NCBI GenBank assembly: GCA_050949225.1
Contig: JBMNFI010000001.1
Location: 132,195-196,194, forward strand
Source of the DNA: Bacillota bacterium
Lineage (GTDB): Bacteria; Bacillota; Dehalobacteriia; UBA4068
Length of the DNA: 64,000 bases
Direction of reading: 5' to 3'
A program made the position numbers and the translations under genes. Each line of letters opens with the position of its first letter. Position 1 is the first letter of the stretch. The notes below the pieces were generated by a model, which made no database searches, was not told the DNA's origin, and saw nothing but the letters and a program-made list of their open reading frames with translations. This document shows positions 1 to 10,411 of the stretch, in pieces.

Positions 1-584
1 ACGAGCCGGATTTAGTGGTGACTGCTGCCGGGGTGCAAGAGGAAATCTTAAATAAATTTAAAGAATTAAATATTGAAGTTTTTTGTCTGGATGCACATAA
101 CATTGATGATGTCTTGAAAAATATTGAGATGGCCGGAATTATTACCGGTAAAGAAACGGAAGCGGCCACAGTAGTGAAAAAAATGAATGATTCTCTTGAC
201 CAAGTGGCAGAGAAAACAGCCAAAATCAATGAAAAACCTACTGTGTTTGTAGAAATCTGGGACGAGCCTTTAATGACTGCCGGAGCAACTTCTTTTACCA
301 ATGATATTATCGAGCGTGCTGGCGGTATTAATATTGCAGCGGACGTGGATTCGGAATTTCCTGAATATTCTAAGGAAACCTTGTTGGAAAAGGATCCTGA
401 TATTTATATTTTGTTGGGTCATGATAAGCAAGTCAATAATGTTGGTAAACGAGCAGGTTTTGAGGTTTTGCAAGCGGTTAAAAATGAGCGAGTTTTTATT
501 GCCGAAGATGATTTGTTGACGATTTGCGGACCGCGTGTCGTTGATGGAGTGGAAATGCTTTATAATTATTTTTATGGTGAATAA
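1..584 (+). CDS. ABC-transporter periplasmic substrate-binding protein (Fe3+-siderophore/cobalamin BtuF/FecB class), 5'-truncated by the window edge
   Basis: Frame is open from base 3 with no upstream stop. KPDLV-like motif near the N-terminus. Immediately followed by a FecCD permease and an ATPase. Confidence 0.7.
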   Translation, partial: EPDLVVTAAGVQEEILNKFKELNIEVFCLDAHNIDDVLKNIEMAGIITGKETEAATVVKKMNDSLDQVAEKTAKINEKPTVFVEIWDEPLMTAGATSFTNDIIERAGGINIAADVDSEFPEYSKETLLEKDPDIYILLGHDKQVNNVGKRAGFEVLQAVKNERVFIAEDDLLTICGPRVVDGVEMLYNYFYGE

Positions 585-587
585 TTA

Positions 588-1598
588 ATGTTTAAAAAGA
601 AAAGATTTTTATATATGGGTTTTCTCTTATTGCCGATTTTAGGTGTATGGACGGTAGGGGTGGGGGCTGCTGATATTGGAATGATCAAAAGCTGGCAGAT
701 TATTTTAGGGCATTTGGGATTATTGTCGTACCAGCCGACCGCTGCAGAAGATGCCATAATTTGGTCTCTGCGTTTACCAAGAGTGATTTTAGCGATGACG
801 GTGGGCGGTGGTTTAGCGGTTTGCGGTGGTGTTTTACAGACATTTTTTCGTAATGCTTTGGCTGATCCCTATATCATCGGTGTTTCTTCTGGTGCGGCTT
901 TAGGTTCTAGTATTGCAGTGGCCTTTGCCGGTAGTTTGGGGCTTTTCACCAGACCACTTTTGGCCTTTATCTTTTCTTTTATGACAGTATTAGTTGTTTA
1001 TGGTATCAGCCGCAGAAATCAGCATGTTTCCAGTACGACTTTACTTTTGGTGGGGGTAGCGCTGGCGAGCTTCTTAACCTCTATTATGACATTTATTCTG
1101 ATCTATAATCCGAAACATATCAGTAATATGTATTTTTGGCTTTTGGGCAGTTTAAGTACGGCCTCTTGGCTTAATCTACTTATTGTGCTGCCATTAATCA
1201 TAGTTGGTGTGGTTATTTTAATCTCCTTTTCACGCTATCTGAATGCTATGCTTTTTGGTTCGATAACGGCCCAACATCTGGGTGTACCGGTGGAAACAGT
1301 AAAAAAGCTAATCCTGTTCTTAACGGCTTTAGTCGTGGCAGGTTGTGTGGCAGCTTGTGGTCCGATTGGTTTTGTGGGTTTGATTATTCCCCATGTTGTG
1401 AGACTCATTACCGGGCCTGATAATAGTATTTTACTGCCTGTTTCTTTTTGGCTGGGGGCGCTTTTCCTTTTGTTTGCCGACACGGCGGCTCGCACACTGT
1501 TTGCGCCTTTAGAGATACCGATTGGTGCAATTACCGCCATTTGCGGAGCGCCGTTTTTCATCTATCTGGTTAAACGACGGAAATTTAATAACTATTAG
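588..1598 (+). CDS. FecCD-family ABC transporter permease (iron-siderophore/B12 type)
   Basis: 336 aa with about 9 predicted TM helices and Gly-rich FecCD signature segments. Sits between the binding protein and the ATPase. Confidence 0.85.
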   Translation: MFKKKRFLYMGFLLLPILGVWTVGVGAADIGMIKSWQIILGHLGLLSYQPTAAEDAIIWSLRLPRVILAMTVGGGLAVCGGVLQTFFRNALADPYIIGVSSGAALGSSIAVAFAGSLGLFTRPLLAFIFSFMTVLVVYGISRRNQHVSSTTLLLVGVALASFLTSIMTFILIYNPKHISNMYFWLLGSLSTASWLNLLIVLPLIIVGVVILISFSRYLNAMLFGSITAQHLGVPVETVKKLILFLTALVVAGCVAACGPIGFVGLIIPHVVRLITGPDNSILLPVSFWLGALFLLFADTAARTLFAPLEIPIGAITAICGAPFFIYLVKRRKFNNY

Positions 1599-1606
1599 AG
1601 GTTTTT

Positions 1607-2374
1607 ATGGCATTTTTGATTAGCAAACAAATCAATTTTTCTTACGATGAGAGGCAGATTTTAAAAAACATCTCTTTTGAGATCAAAAAAGGCGACTTTG
1701 TTGTTTTGGCGGGACCTAATGGTTGCGGTAAGACCACACTTTTGTATAATATTTCTGCAGCGTTAAAACCCCAAAGTGGCCAAATACTGCTCAATGGTCT
1801 TAATACAGCTAAAATTTCCCCTCAGGAGCTTAGTCGCAGTTTGGCTTTTGTCAGTCAGGCAGAGGACATTTCTTTTGACTTTACAGCCGAAGAGGTGGTA
1901 CGTCTGGGGCGGCTGCCGCATTTGGGTTTTTCCGGTCGTGAAACAGAACATGATTTTGAAATCGTCAAAAAATCTTTGATTTTGACCTCCTCCTGGTATT
2001 TAAAGGAGCGTTTTATTACCGAGCTATCCGGTGGTGAAAGACAGCGAGTCATGGTCTCAAGAGCATTAGCGCAAGAGCCACAGTTGTTATTATTAGATGA
2101 GCCGACCAGTCATTTGGATATCCATCATCAGTTGGAATTGATGCAAATTTTGCAAAAATTGAATTCTGAGGGTATGACGATTATTGCGGCACTGCATGAT
2201 TTGAATCTAGCTTTGCGTTTTGCCCAAAAGGTTCTTTTATTGCTTGATGGCCGCATCATTGCTGATGGTTCTCCTTTAGAGGTATTAAGCCGGCAAAATA
2301 TTAAACGGGTTTATGGTGTAGATATGCAGCTGGTAAAAAATTGTAGGGGCATTAACAATCTGGTTCCACTTTAA
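1607..2374 (+). CDS. ABC transporter ATP-binding protein (FecE/BtuD-like)
   Basis: Walker A GPNGCGKTT, ABC signature LSGGERQRV, Walker B LLLLDEPTSHLD. Confidence 0.9.
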   Translation: MAFLISKQINFSYDERQILKNISFEIKKGDFVVLAGPNGCGKTTLLYNISAALKPQSGQILLNGLNTAKISPQELSRSLAFVSQAEDISFDFTAEEVVRLGRLPHLGFSGRETEHDFEIVKKSLILTSSWYLKERFITELSGGERQRVMVSRALAQEPQLLLLDEPTSHLDIHHQLELMQILQKLNSEGMTIIAALHDLNLALRFAQKVLLLLDGRIIADGSPLEVLSRQNIKRVYGVDMQLVKNCRGINNLVPL

Positions 2375-2432
2375 TTTTATAAGTATTAAAATCCCTCCTT
2401 TTGTTGATATTAAGAATAAAGGGGGGATTTTT

Positions 2433-4064
2433 TTGTCCCGAAAAATATTTAGATTTGCAGTCATTATGTTATTATTATTGGTAGTTTTAGGAGGCAGATT
2501 AGGCTGGGTTTCTTTGATCGAATCCGATAATCTATCGGAAAAAGCTTTAAGTCAATCAACACGCACCTTAGATTATTACCAGTATGCTCGTGGTGATTTT
2601 CTGGATACTTATGGGCGGAAAATAACCAATAATGAGGCCACTTGTTGCATCATTTTTCCGGTTATGCTGACCGACACTCATGAGGCAGCGATTAGTTTAT
2701 CGCAAATTTGTGATCTTCCGGAAAAAAAATTGCGGAGCAGACTTGCGCAAGCCCAAAAAGAAAGGCGTGCGCCTTTTTGCTTGATAGCAAATTTATCGTC
2801 TGCGGAAGCTGTTGCAATTGAAGAGGTCGATTTACCTGGTGTTTTTACAGTGGTGATGGCTCCCCGTTATCCTAAAAGTGGTGGAGCGGCACATCTTTTA
2901 GGTTTTGTGGCAGAAGGAGAGATTCCCCATGTTTATGCGGGAAAATCAGGTTTGGAAAAACAATATGATTCCTATTTAACAGGTCGTTTATCCCCGCAAG
3001 TGGCTATCATGGTTGATGATCAGGGGCGGGAAATTTTAGGACGAGGTTTTCGTTTATTAAATCCCAAGGGTCATGATACCTCGGCGAATGTGAAATTAAC
3101 CCTGAATGCGGACTATCAGTTGAAGGTAGAAGAGGCTATGCTTGATACGAGTGGGGCGGCGGTAATTTTAGATGTGAATAGCGGTGATATTCTGGCGCTT
3201 TGTTCCACACCCTTTATGGATCCTTATATGTTAGAGGAGCCGATTAATGATGATGTTTTTATTAATAAAGCTTTTGCATCCTATCCTCCTGCTTCAACTT
3301 TTAAAATTGTGGTGACGGCGGCGGCTTTGGCTGAAGGGCTTGAGACGCCTACTAATTTTAATTGTCAGGGCAGTTATCTATTACCTCATGGACAGATTAT
3401 GAATTGCTGGTTAGAAAAGGGGCATGGACTGCAGAATATTGACCAAGCTTTAGCCAATTCCTGCAATCCTTATTTTGCTGCTCTTGGCCTGCAGGTGGGT
3501 GGGGATAATCTTAAAAAATATGGCGAGCTTTTAGGTCTCTCGGAACAAAAAATTCTGGGATACGAGACTGCTGATACAATACACATCGATTTTAACAGTG
3601 CAGTGGCCGGTGACGTTGTTAATGCTTCAATCGGCGAAAAAGGCATACGTGTTAGTCCACTGATGATTGCACGCTTATTGGCGGTTTGCGGTAATAAGGG
3701 TAAGCTGGTGACACCACGCCTGGTTAAACAGGTGATACATTCAGATGGCAAAGTTTTAGAAACTGTATCCACACTGCCGCCTCAACAGGTGATAGAGGCA
3801 CAGCATGCGGAGAAAATCAAAAAGATGCTGAGGTTGGCCGTTGTTGAAGGCACAGCTCAAAATGCCGCCGCTACTTTAGTAGAAACAGCAGCCAAGACAG
3901 GTACCTCGCAGCACCAGGGAGTTTGGTTTGCCGGTTTGGTGCCCGCCGATGAGCCGCGCTGGTCGATAGTTATCTATTTAGAAAATGCCACAGCCGGAGG
4001 TCAGGAGGGAGCGGCTGTTTTTACAGAGATCGTTAATGAGTTGGCTATTTTAGACAATTTATAG
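2433..4064 (+). CDS. Class B penicillin-binding protein / peptidoglycan transpeptidase (SpoVD/FtsI-like)
   Basis: TTG start preceded by a GGGGGG RBS. N-terminal TM helix. Active-site motifs STFK, SCN and KTGT. 543 aa. Confidence 0.8.
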   Translation: MSRKIFRFAVIMLLLLVVLGGRLGWVSLIESDNLSEKALSQSTRTLDYYQYARGDFLDTYGRKITNNEATCCIIFPVMLTDTHEAAISLSQICDLPEKKLRSRLAQAQKERRAPFCLIANLSSAEAVAIEEVDLPGVFTVVMAPRYPKSGGAAHLLGFVAEGEIPHVYAGKSGLEKQYDSYLTGRLSPQVAIMVDDQGREILGRGFRLLNPKGHDTSANVKLTLNADYQLKVEEAMLDTSGAAVILDVNSGDILALCSTPFMDPYMLEEPINDDVFINKAFASYPPASTFKIVVTAAALAEGLETPTNFNCQGSYLLPHGQIMNCWLEKGHGLQNIDQALANSCNPYFAALGLQVGGDNLKKYGELLGLSEQKILGYETADTIHIDFNSAVAGDVVNASIGEKGIRVSPLMIARLLAVCGNKGKLVTPRLVKQVIHSDGKVLETVSTLPPQQVIEAQHAEKIKKMLRLAVVEGTAQNAAATLVETAAKTGTSQHQGVWFAGLVPADEPRWSIVIYLENATAGGQEGAAVFTEIVNELAILDNL

Positions 4065-4124
4065 AGAATTTATAAAAAGCTGGCACTTTATTACCGTAAA
4101 ATCACTGGATATAATAGGTAAAAT

Positions 4125-4153
4125 ATATTATAATTTAGTAGTTAGCATAAAGT
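4125..4153 (+). promoter_or_regulatory. Possible sigma-E-type promoter for sigK (ATATT-16-CATAAAGT)
   Basis: Partial match to the sigma-E consensus (kmATATT ... CATACA-T) about 95 nt upstream of sigK. Spacing is slightly long. Confidence 0.25.
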
Positions 4154-4246
4154 AAATTTTCCCCAAAAAATAACTCTTGCCTGCAAGCACTATGCCCAAA
4201 CCTATTGCATAAGATAAATCAATGACGCAAAAGGCAGGGGTGAGTT

Positions 4247-4963
4247 ATGAATATAAGATGGAATGGACCCACCTTGAGGGTATTTTGGGCGCATGATGCT
4301 GCAATATGTTTTATAGCTTATTTAAATAACAATGTCTTTCCTGCTCTTTTATCCGAAGAAGAGGAAAGAAAAAATCTCTTACTATGGGAAGAAGGCGATC
4401 TGGAGGCAAGAAATATTCTGATTGAACATAACTTGCGTCTGGTGGCTCATATTTGTAAAAAATTTGAGAATACCGGCTCGGATAAAGATGATTTGATTTC
4501 CATTGGTACCATTGGTTTAATTAAAGGAATCAATACTTTTAAGGTTTCACGCGGCACAAGACTTTCAACCTATACGGCACGCTGTATTGAAAATGAGATT
4601 TTGATGCATTTACGTGCCAAGAAGAACAGTAAAGGTGAAATATTGCTGCAGGATCCTATTGGCACTGATAAAGAGGGTAATGAGGTCACTTTGTTGGAGC
4701 TTTTGGGAACATCAGGAGAGGAAATATCCGAAAATGTTGAGCAAAAGGAAGAACATGCTGAACTGTGGCAGCTTTTGCAAAGGCTTTCGGAAAGGGAAAA
4801 ATATGTTCTTTGTATGCGTTACGGCTTGGGAAATCAGGAGCCAAAAACTCAAAGAGAGATTGCCAAAAATCTGGGGATTTCTCGTTCTTATGTGTCGAGA
4901 ATAGAAAAAAAAGCGATCAATAAACTAACAAAAGAGCTGGATAATAGTAGACTCAAGAGGTGA
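4247..4963 (+). CDS. sigK: Sporulation sigma factor pro-sigma-K, uninterrupted (no skin-type insertion)
   Basis: Near-identical blocks to B. subtilis SigK: NILIEHNLRLVAHICKKFENTG, DLISIGTIGLIKGI, ARCIENEILMHLRA, DPIGTDKEGNEVTLLELL, KTQREIAKNLGISRSYVSRIEKKA. Carries an N-terminal pro-sequence. Confidence 0.9.
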   Translation: MNIRWNGPTLRVFWAHDAAICFIAYLNNNVFPALLSEEEERKNLLLWEEGDLEARNILIEHNLRLVAHICKKFENTGSDKDDLISIGTIGLIKGINTFKVSRGTRLSTYTARCIENEILMHLRAKKNSKGEILLQDPIGTDKEGNEVTLLELLGTSGEEISENVEQKEEHAELWQLLQRLSEREKYVLCMRYGLGNQEPKTQREIAKNLGISRSYVSRIEKKAINKLTKELDNSRLKR

Positions 4964-4966
4964 AAA

Positions 4967-5986
4967 ATGTCAGAAGTATTATTAAAGAGCTATCGTGGTG
5001 AGCTGGCGGAAAATATGGTGCGCGGCGATCTTGCTATAGTTAATAACAGAGGACAACTGATGGCCTTTTGCGGCAATCCACATAAAGTTACATATATGCG
5101 CAGTGCCGCTAAACCTTTGCAGGTTTTGGTGGGTCTGGATCATGATATTGTCAATTACTATGGCTTATCACAGCAGGAGCTGGCGATATTATGCGCTTCA
5201 CACAGTGGAGAACCTTTTCATGTAGAGGCGGTGGAGTCCATCTTAGCTAAAATAGGTCTTTCTGAGGATGATTTAGCCTGTGGTAAGGATTACTCTTGTA
5301 ATCGGCAAATTAAAACCCGGATGCTTGCTCAAAATCTTTCTCGGCGGAAGATTTTCAACAACTGTTCCGGCAAGCATAGTTTAATGCTGGCCGTGTGCCG
5401 TAAAAAAGGTTGGAGCATCAAGGATTATTATCTACCTAATCATCCCTTACAGCAGGCCATTTTGAGTAAAATTGCTGCTTTAACAGAGATGGACAAGCAA
5501 CAGATCATTATAGGAATTGATGGCTGCGGAGTGCCGGTTTTTGCATTGCCGCTTTATCGGATGGCTCTTTCTTATGCTAAGCTGGCTAATCCTCAATTGA
5601 TGCCGCAAGAGGCGGCGGCTATTAGACAGGTTACGGCTGCTATGACTGCCTATCCTCAAATGATTGCCGGCAGCGGTGAATTTTGTTCAGCTTTGATGTC
5701 TGCTACCGGTGGTCGTATTTTAGGGAAAAAAGGTGCGGATGGTATTTATTGCAGTGCGGTTTTGGGAGGATTGGCTGTTGCTGTGAAAATTGAGGATGGA
5801 AATATGCAGGCATTGCCGCCCGTAATGATGAATATATATAAGCAATTAGACATCTTGACGGCAGCGGAAAAAAAGGTCTTGACTAAATTTACCTCTTGGG
5901 ATAACATCAACTGTCAGGGTGAAGTTGTTGGTCAAACAATAGCTGATTTTACTTTAAAAGCCTTTTCATCATCAGCGTCTAAATAA
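4967..5986 (+). CDS. Asparaginase-II family protein (PF06089)
   Basis: 339 aa. The family call rests on overall similarity as I recall it. It could equally be a generic amidohydrolase. Confidence 0.55.
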   Translation: MSEVLLKSYRGELAENMVRGDLAIVNNRGQLMAFCGNPHKVTYMRSAAKPLQVLVGLDHDIVNYYGLSQQELAILCASHSGEPFHVEAVESILAKIGLSEDDLACGKDYSCNRQIKTRMLAQNLSRRKIFNNCSGKHSLMLAVCRKKGWSIKDYYLPNHPLQQAILSKIAALTEMDKQQIIIGIDGCGVPVFALPLYRMALSYAKLANPQLMPQEAAAIRQVTAAMTAYPQMIAGSGEFCSALMSATGGRILGKKGADGIYCSAVLGGLAVAVKIEDGNMQALPPVMMNIYKQLDILTAAEKKVLTKFTSWDNINCQGEVVGQTIADFTLKAFSSSASK

Positions 5987-6003
5987 CAGTTGCAGGAGAA
6001 TTT

Positions 6004-6546
6004 ATGTTTAAAAGATTTACACCTGATTTATTTGTGAAAACTATCTATGATATACCTTTAGAGAGGCTGCGCGAAATGGGTATTCGCGGGCTTATTTTTG
6101 ATTTGGATAATACTATTACTATGCATGATCAATTAGAGATTTCCTCCCGTGCGCTGAAATGGTTTAAAACATTAAAGGAGCAGGGCTTTAAAGTTTGCAT
6201 CCTTTCTAATAACAGCGGCGGACGGGTTAAAGAATCTGCCGATATTATGGGTATTGAATGCGTGTCCAGGGCAAAAAAACCACGACGGCAGGGTTTTTAC
6301 AGAGCTTTTGAGACTTTGGGAACCAAGCCGCAAGAGACGGCCATGGTCGGAGATCAATTATTCACTGATATTTGGGGGGGTAACAGAGCCGGTGTCTTTA
6401 CGATTTTAGTAGAGCCGATTAGCAGTAAAGAGATGTGGGGCATCAAATATGTGTCCAGAAATTTTGAAAGAATTATTTGGCCGGCAGTAAAGCGAAATTT
6501 AATGAAAAACCCCCAAACAACAGTTAATCTTCTGGAAAAGGAGTAG
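6004..6546 (+). CDS. YqeG-family HAD-IIIA phosphatase
   Basis: FDLDNTI HAD motif I. Size and pattern match TIGR01668. Confidence 0.7.
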   Translation: MFKRFTPDLFVKTIYDIPLERLREMGIRGLIFDLDNTITMHDQLEISSRALKWFKTLKEQGFKVCILSNNSGGRVKESADIMGIECVSRAKKPRRQGFYRAFETLGTKPQETAMVGDQLFTDIWGGNRAGVFTILVEPISSKEMWGIKYVSRNFERIIWPAVKRNLMKNPQTTVNLLEKE

Positions 6547-6554
6547 ATGGAAAA

Positions 6555-7190
6555 ATGACAGATATGATGGATTTAAGTTGCCGTAATTTTATGGACAAGC
6601 TTTCCGGCCCTGATCCCACACCCGGTGGGGGCGGTGCGTCCGCTTTGGGCGGAGCCTTGGGAATAGGTTTGGCTAATATGGTTTCCAGCTTGACGGTAGG
6701 TAAAGAAAAATATGCCGATGTTGAAGATGAAATGCAAGGTTTGCTTAAAAAGGGTTTAACTTTACAAAAAGAGTTGCTAGATCTGGTGCAAGAGGATGCC
6801 AAAGTTTTTAGTGTGCTGGCAGGGGTCTATGCCTATAAAGCGGAAACGGATCAGGAAAAGAGCCATAAAAAAGAGCTTTTGAGTCAAGCCTCTATTAACG
6901 CTACTAAAGTGCCGCTGGCAATCGCAGAAAAGGTTTTTGAGGCAATGAAATTGACAAGAACGGTTGCCGGCATTGGTAATAAACTTGTTATTTCTGATGC
7001 GGCCTGTGCAATCCTTTTTTTGCATGCTGCTTTGGCGGCTGCCGGATTTAATATCATGATTAATTTACCTCATATTTTGGATCAAAAATTTGTCCAAAAA
7101 ACTCAGGATAGTTTAGGTTTGTTTTTACACGATGGAGAAGTGATCATGAAGCATACTATGACTTTTATCGAAGATCGCATGAAAGGTTAA
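6555..7190 (+). CDS. Cyclodeaminase/cyclohydrolase family protein (FTCD C-terminal domain; methenyl-THF cyclohydrolase-like)
   Basis: Gly-rich GPDPTPGGGGASALGGALG helix-bundle signature. 211 aa. Confidence 0.65.
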   Translation: MTDMMDLSCRNFMDKLSGPDPTPGGGGASALGGALGIGLANMVSSLTVGKEKYADVEDEMQGLLKKGLTLQKELLDLVQEDAKVFSVLAGVYAYKAETDQEKSHKKELLSQASINATKVPLAIAEKVFEAMKLTRTVAGIGNKLVISDAACAILFLHAALAAAGFNIMINLPHILDQKFVQKTQDSLGLFLHDGEVIMKHTMTFIEDRMKG

Positions 7191-7200
7191 AAGGTGTAAA

Positions 7201-7965
7201 ATGATCATTGAAAACTGTTTAATTACCGCTAATCAGCAATTAAATAAAGATAACTACCAAATGGAGCTGCAGGCACCGCAAATTGCAAAGGCGGCTGCCT
7301 TTGGGCAGTTTATTATGCTTAAAACCAGTGAGACCTATGATCCTTTTCTTAAAAGACCGATGGGTATCAGTTCCGTTTTCGATGAGCGAATTCGCTTTAT
7401 TTATTGTTTAAAGGGGCGAGGTACGGAGCTTTTGTCACAAATGCTTCCGGGATCCTTAATGGAAGTAATGGGACCAATAGGTAATGGTTGGAGTATTCCT
7501 CAAAAGGCTCAAAAGGTGCTTGTGGTTGCCGGTGGTGTGGGAATAGCTCCTCTTTTGGATTTAGTAAAACACTTTTTTCAACATAAAGTTGCATGTACTT
7601 GTTTATGGGGACTTCAAGATAAAGAACAGCTTTTTAAAGTTGAAGAGTTGAAGCTGTGGTCTGATTTGCAAGTGGTGACAGAGGATGGCAGCTGCGGAGA
7701 AAAGGGCTATGTGACTTTGCTTTTACCAGAAGAGCCTTCTTATGATATGGTCTATTGCTGTGGTCCGCAACCTTTAATGGCTAAGGTCGCAGAGTGGGCA
7801 GAAAAAAAGCAGCAGCCTTGTCAGGTTTCTTTGGGTGAACGTATGGGTTGTGGCGTCGGCACTTGTATGGGTTGTGTTTGCAAAATCAAGGAAGGGGATC
7901 ATCAGTCCTACAAAAGGGTTTGTTGTGACGGCCCGGTTTTTGATAGTCGGGAGGTGATCTTTTAA
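7201..7965 (+). CDS. pyrK: Dihydroorotate dehydrogenase (class 1B) electron-transfer subunit
   Basis: FAD/NAD-binding fold and a C-terminal 2Fe-2S motif CGVGTCMGCVC. Directly upstream of pyrD with a 1-nt overlap. Confidence 0.85.
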   Translation: MIIENCLITANQQLNKDNYQMELQAPQIAKAAAFGQFIMLKTSETYDPFLKRPMGISSVFDERIRFIYCLKGRGTELLSQMLPGSLMEVMGPIGNGWSIPQKAQKVLVVAGGVGIAPLLDLVKHFFQHKVACTCLWGLQDKEQLFKVEELKLWSDLQVVTEDGSCGEKGYVTLLLPEEPSYDMVYCCGPQPLMAKVAEWAEKKQQPCQVSLGERMGCGVGTCMGCVCKIKEGDHQSYKRVCCDGPVFDSREVIF

Positions 7966-8876
7966 TGGCTGATTTACGAGTTAAGGTTGCCGACATGGAT
8001 TTAAAAAATCCCGTTTTGACGGCCTCGGGGACCTTTGGATATGGTAAAGAGTTTGCAGAACTATACGACTTATCCGTTTTAGGTGGGATTGTGGTAAAGG
8101 GTACCAGTTTGGAAGCTAAAAAGGGTAATCCTCCCCCACGTGTAGCAGAGACTCCTGCAGGGATGCTAAACAGCGTTGGTTTGCAAAACCCCGGAGTTGA
8201 TAAGGTGGTAGAGGAATTTTTACCTTATTTAGCTCAGTATGATACTACAAAAATCGTCAATGTTTGTGGGGATGATTTGCCGGGCTATGCTGCTGTGGTA
8301 TCAAAACTAGCGAATAATCCGCAGGTAGATGCTTTAGAAATAAACATTTCCTGCCCTAATGTGCAATGCGGCGGTTTGGCTTTTGGCACTGATTCCCAGA
8401 TGGTGTTTGAGATCACAAAAGCTTTGCGCAAGCTAACCAAGCAGCCCTTGATTATCAAATTATCACCTAATGTTACAGATATTGCGGAAATCGCTCGGGC
8501 CGCCGAAATGGCCGGTGCGGATGCGGTTTCTTTGATCAACACCTTGTTGGGGATGGCCATTGACACAAAAAGCAGACGCCCGATAATGCCCAATATTACG
8601 GGGGGGCTTTCCGGCCCGGCAGTAAAGCCGGTGGCTTTGCGCATGGTTTGGCAAGTGGCTCAGGCGATTAAAATACCTGTGATCGGTTTAGGAGGAATCA
8701 TGACCGGTGATGATGCAGTGGCTTTTATGTTGGCTGGTGCCACCGCCGTGGAAATCGGTTCAGCTAATTTTTATGATCCTTTGGCCGCTCCAAAGATCAT
8801 ACAGGAAATAGAAGAATGGCTGGTCATTGAAGGAGTTAAGGATGTTAAAGAAATTATTGGCGGTTTAATAATATAA
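7965..8876 (+). CDS. pyrD: Dihydroorotate dehydrogenase catalytic subunit (class 1B)
   Basis: TASGTFGYG, NSVGLQNPG and ISCPN motifs. 303 aa. Confidence 0.9.
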   Translation: MADLRVKVADMDLKNPVLTASGTFGYGKEFAELYDLSVLGGIVVKGTSLEAKKGNPPPRVAETPAGMLNSVGLQNPGVDKVVEEFLPYLAQYDTTKIVNVCGDDLPGYAAVVSKLANNPQVDALEINISCPNVQCGGLAFGTDSQMVFEITKALRKLTKQPLIIKLSPNVTDIAEIARAAEMAGADAVSLINTLLGMAIDTKSRRPIMPNITGGLSGPAVKPVALRMVWQVAQAIKIPVIGLGGIMTGDDAVAFMLAGATAVEIGSANFYDPLAAPKIIQEIEEWLVIEGVKDVKEIIGGLII

Positions 8877-8942
8877 TACAATAAAAATAACAGCAAAAAG
8901 GGCTGAACCCTTTTTGCTGTTATTTTTATGCTTAATTTGTTT

Positions 8943-9779
8943 TTAGTTTTTCTTAGAGGTTTTTTGTTTAGCAGTCGGTCTTTTAGGTAAAGTAATGATA
9001 CAATTTCGAGGGCAAACTTTAGCGCAAAGACCACAGTTAACACATTTATCATAATCTATAACGGCATGAGTCCAGTTATTAATCGAGATGGCATCAAATT
9101 TACAGGCTTTTATACATAAGTTGCAGGAAATGCATCCTACTTTACAGGCTCTTTTTGTTTTTGCATCACTAAGCTCAGTCATGCAGGCCACATAGGTGCG
9201 AGCATTACCCGGGATAATGTCGATCAAATTATTGGGGCAGGCATTTTGACAAAGACCGCAGCCGATACATAAATCCCGATCAATTTTAGCTAAACCATTT
9301 TCTACATGGATGGCATTATAAGGACAAGTTCGCTGACAATCGCCATAACCAAGACAGCTTTGCGGACAGATGAAACGACCTCTGTAAAACCTTTTATTGG
9401 CCTTACAAGTGGGAATGCCACGATAATCCATTTTTAAACTACTTTCAAAAAGACTGCCGCCACAGCGTACGATGGCAAAATTTTTACTTGAAGCTTGAAA
9501 ATCCACCCCTAATATTTCGGCTAATGCTTTAGCCGTTTGATCACCGCCGGGTGGACAAAGATTAGTATTAATATCATGATCATCCGTCAAAGCCACAGCA
9601 TATTCATAGCAGCCCGCAAAACCACAGGCACCACAATTGACGCCGGGGAGGGCGGCGAGCAAATCCTCTGTTAGAGGGTTAATTTCAACGGCCATAGCTT
9701 TATGTGCTATGGTCAAGATGATCCCGGCTATCGTGCCGATAACGGCCATTACCAAGATAGGAATTAAATAAGAGAACAT
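8943..9779 (-). CDS. rnfB: Rnf complex subunit B (polyferredoxin)
   Basis: N-terminal TM helix plus multiple CxxCxxCxxxCP ferredoxin motifs. Last gene of the rnfCDGEAB operon. Confidence 0.85.
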   Translation of the reverse strand: MFSYLIPILVMAVIGTIAGIILTIAHKAMAVEINPLTEDLLAALPGVNCGACGFAGCYEYAVALTDDHDINTNLCPPGGDQTAKALAEILGVDFQASSKNFAIVRCGGSLFESSLKMDYRGIPTCKANKRFYRGRFICPQSCLGYGDCQRTCPYNAIHVENGLAKIDRDLCIGCGLCQNACPNNLIDIIPGNARTYVACMTELSDAKTKRACKVGCISCNLCIKACKFDAISINNWTHAVIDYDKCVNCGLCAKVCPRNCIITLPKRPTAKQKTSKKN

Positions 9780-9817
9780 TAATATAAAGCTCCTTAATAT
9801 TTCGATAGAAAATTAAA

Positions 9818-10411
9818 TCAGGCGCCAAAGAGTCCTTCGATAATGCCGCTAAATCCAATGAAGGATAAAGAGACAATGGAGGCGGAAATTAAGACGGCTG
9901 GTGTTCCTTTAAAAGCCTCCGGAAAATCACTATTTTCAATATGCCCTCTAATGCCGGCAAATAAACCTAATGCCAGCATAAATCCCACTCCTGCGCCGAA
10001 AGAATGTAAAAGCGATTGACCATAGGTATAAGCAGAATCGATATTTAAAATACACACACCGAGTATGGCGCAGTTGGAGGTGATCAAAGGCAGATAGATT
10101 CCTAATGAACGGTATAAAGAGGGCAGATATTTTTTCATCGCTATTTCAATTAATTGCACCAGAAAAGCCATTACTAAAATAAAAATGATCGTTTGTAAAT
10201 AAGTAATTTCAAAGCGTGCCAGCAATCCATAATAAATCGGGTAGGTGACGGCTGTGGCCAGCACCATGACAAAAATTACAGCAAAACTCATGCCCATGGC
10301 CGAATCCATCTTTTTCGAAACACCTAAAAAGGGGCAAACTCCCAAGAATTTTACCAGCACAAAGTTGTTAACCAAAACGGCACTGAGGATAATGGCCATC
10401 ATTTCTTTCAT
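9818..10411 (-). CDS. rnfA: Rnf complex subunit A
   Basis: 197-aa polytopic membrane protein in the canonical rnf order. Confidence 0.85.
   Translation of the reverse strand: MKEMMAIILSAVLVNNFVLVKFLGVCPFLGVSKKMDSAMGMSFAVIFVMVLATAVTYPIYYGLLARFEITYLQTIIFILVMAFLVQLIEIAMKKYLPSLYRSLGIYLPLITSNCAILGVCILNIDSAYTYGQSLLHSFGAGVGFMLALGLFAGIRGHIENSDFPEAFKGTPAVLISASIVSLSFIGFSGIIEGLFGA

Noticed and set aside
6524-8654. Antisense ORFs inside genes (for example 6524-6802 -, 8285-8644 -, 8463-8654 -). Many other 60-120 aa ORFs opposite annotated genes were treated the same way.
   Set aside because: They fully overlap strong, conserved CDSs on the other strand, lack RBSs, and have low-complexity or implausible composition. 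These are typical shadow ORFs.
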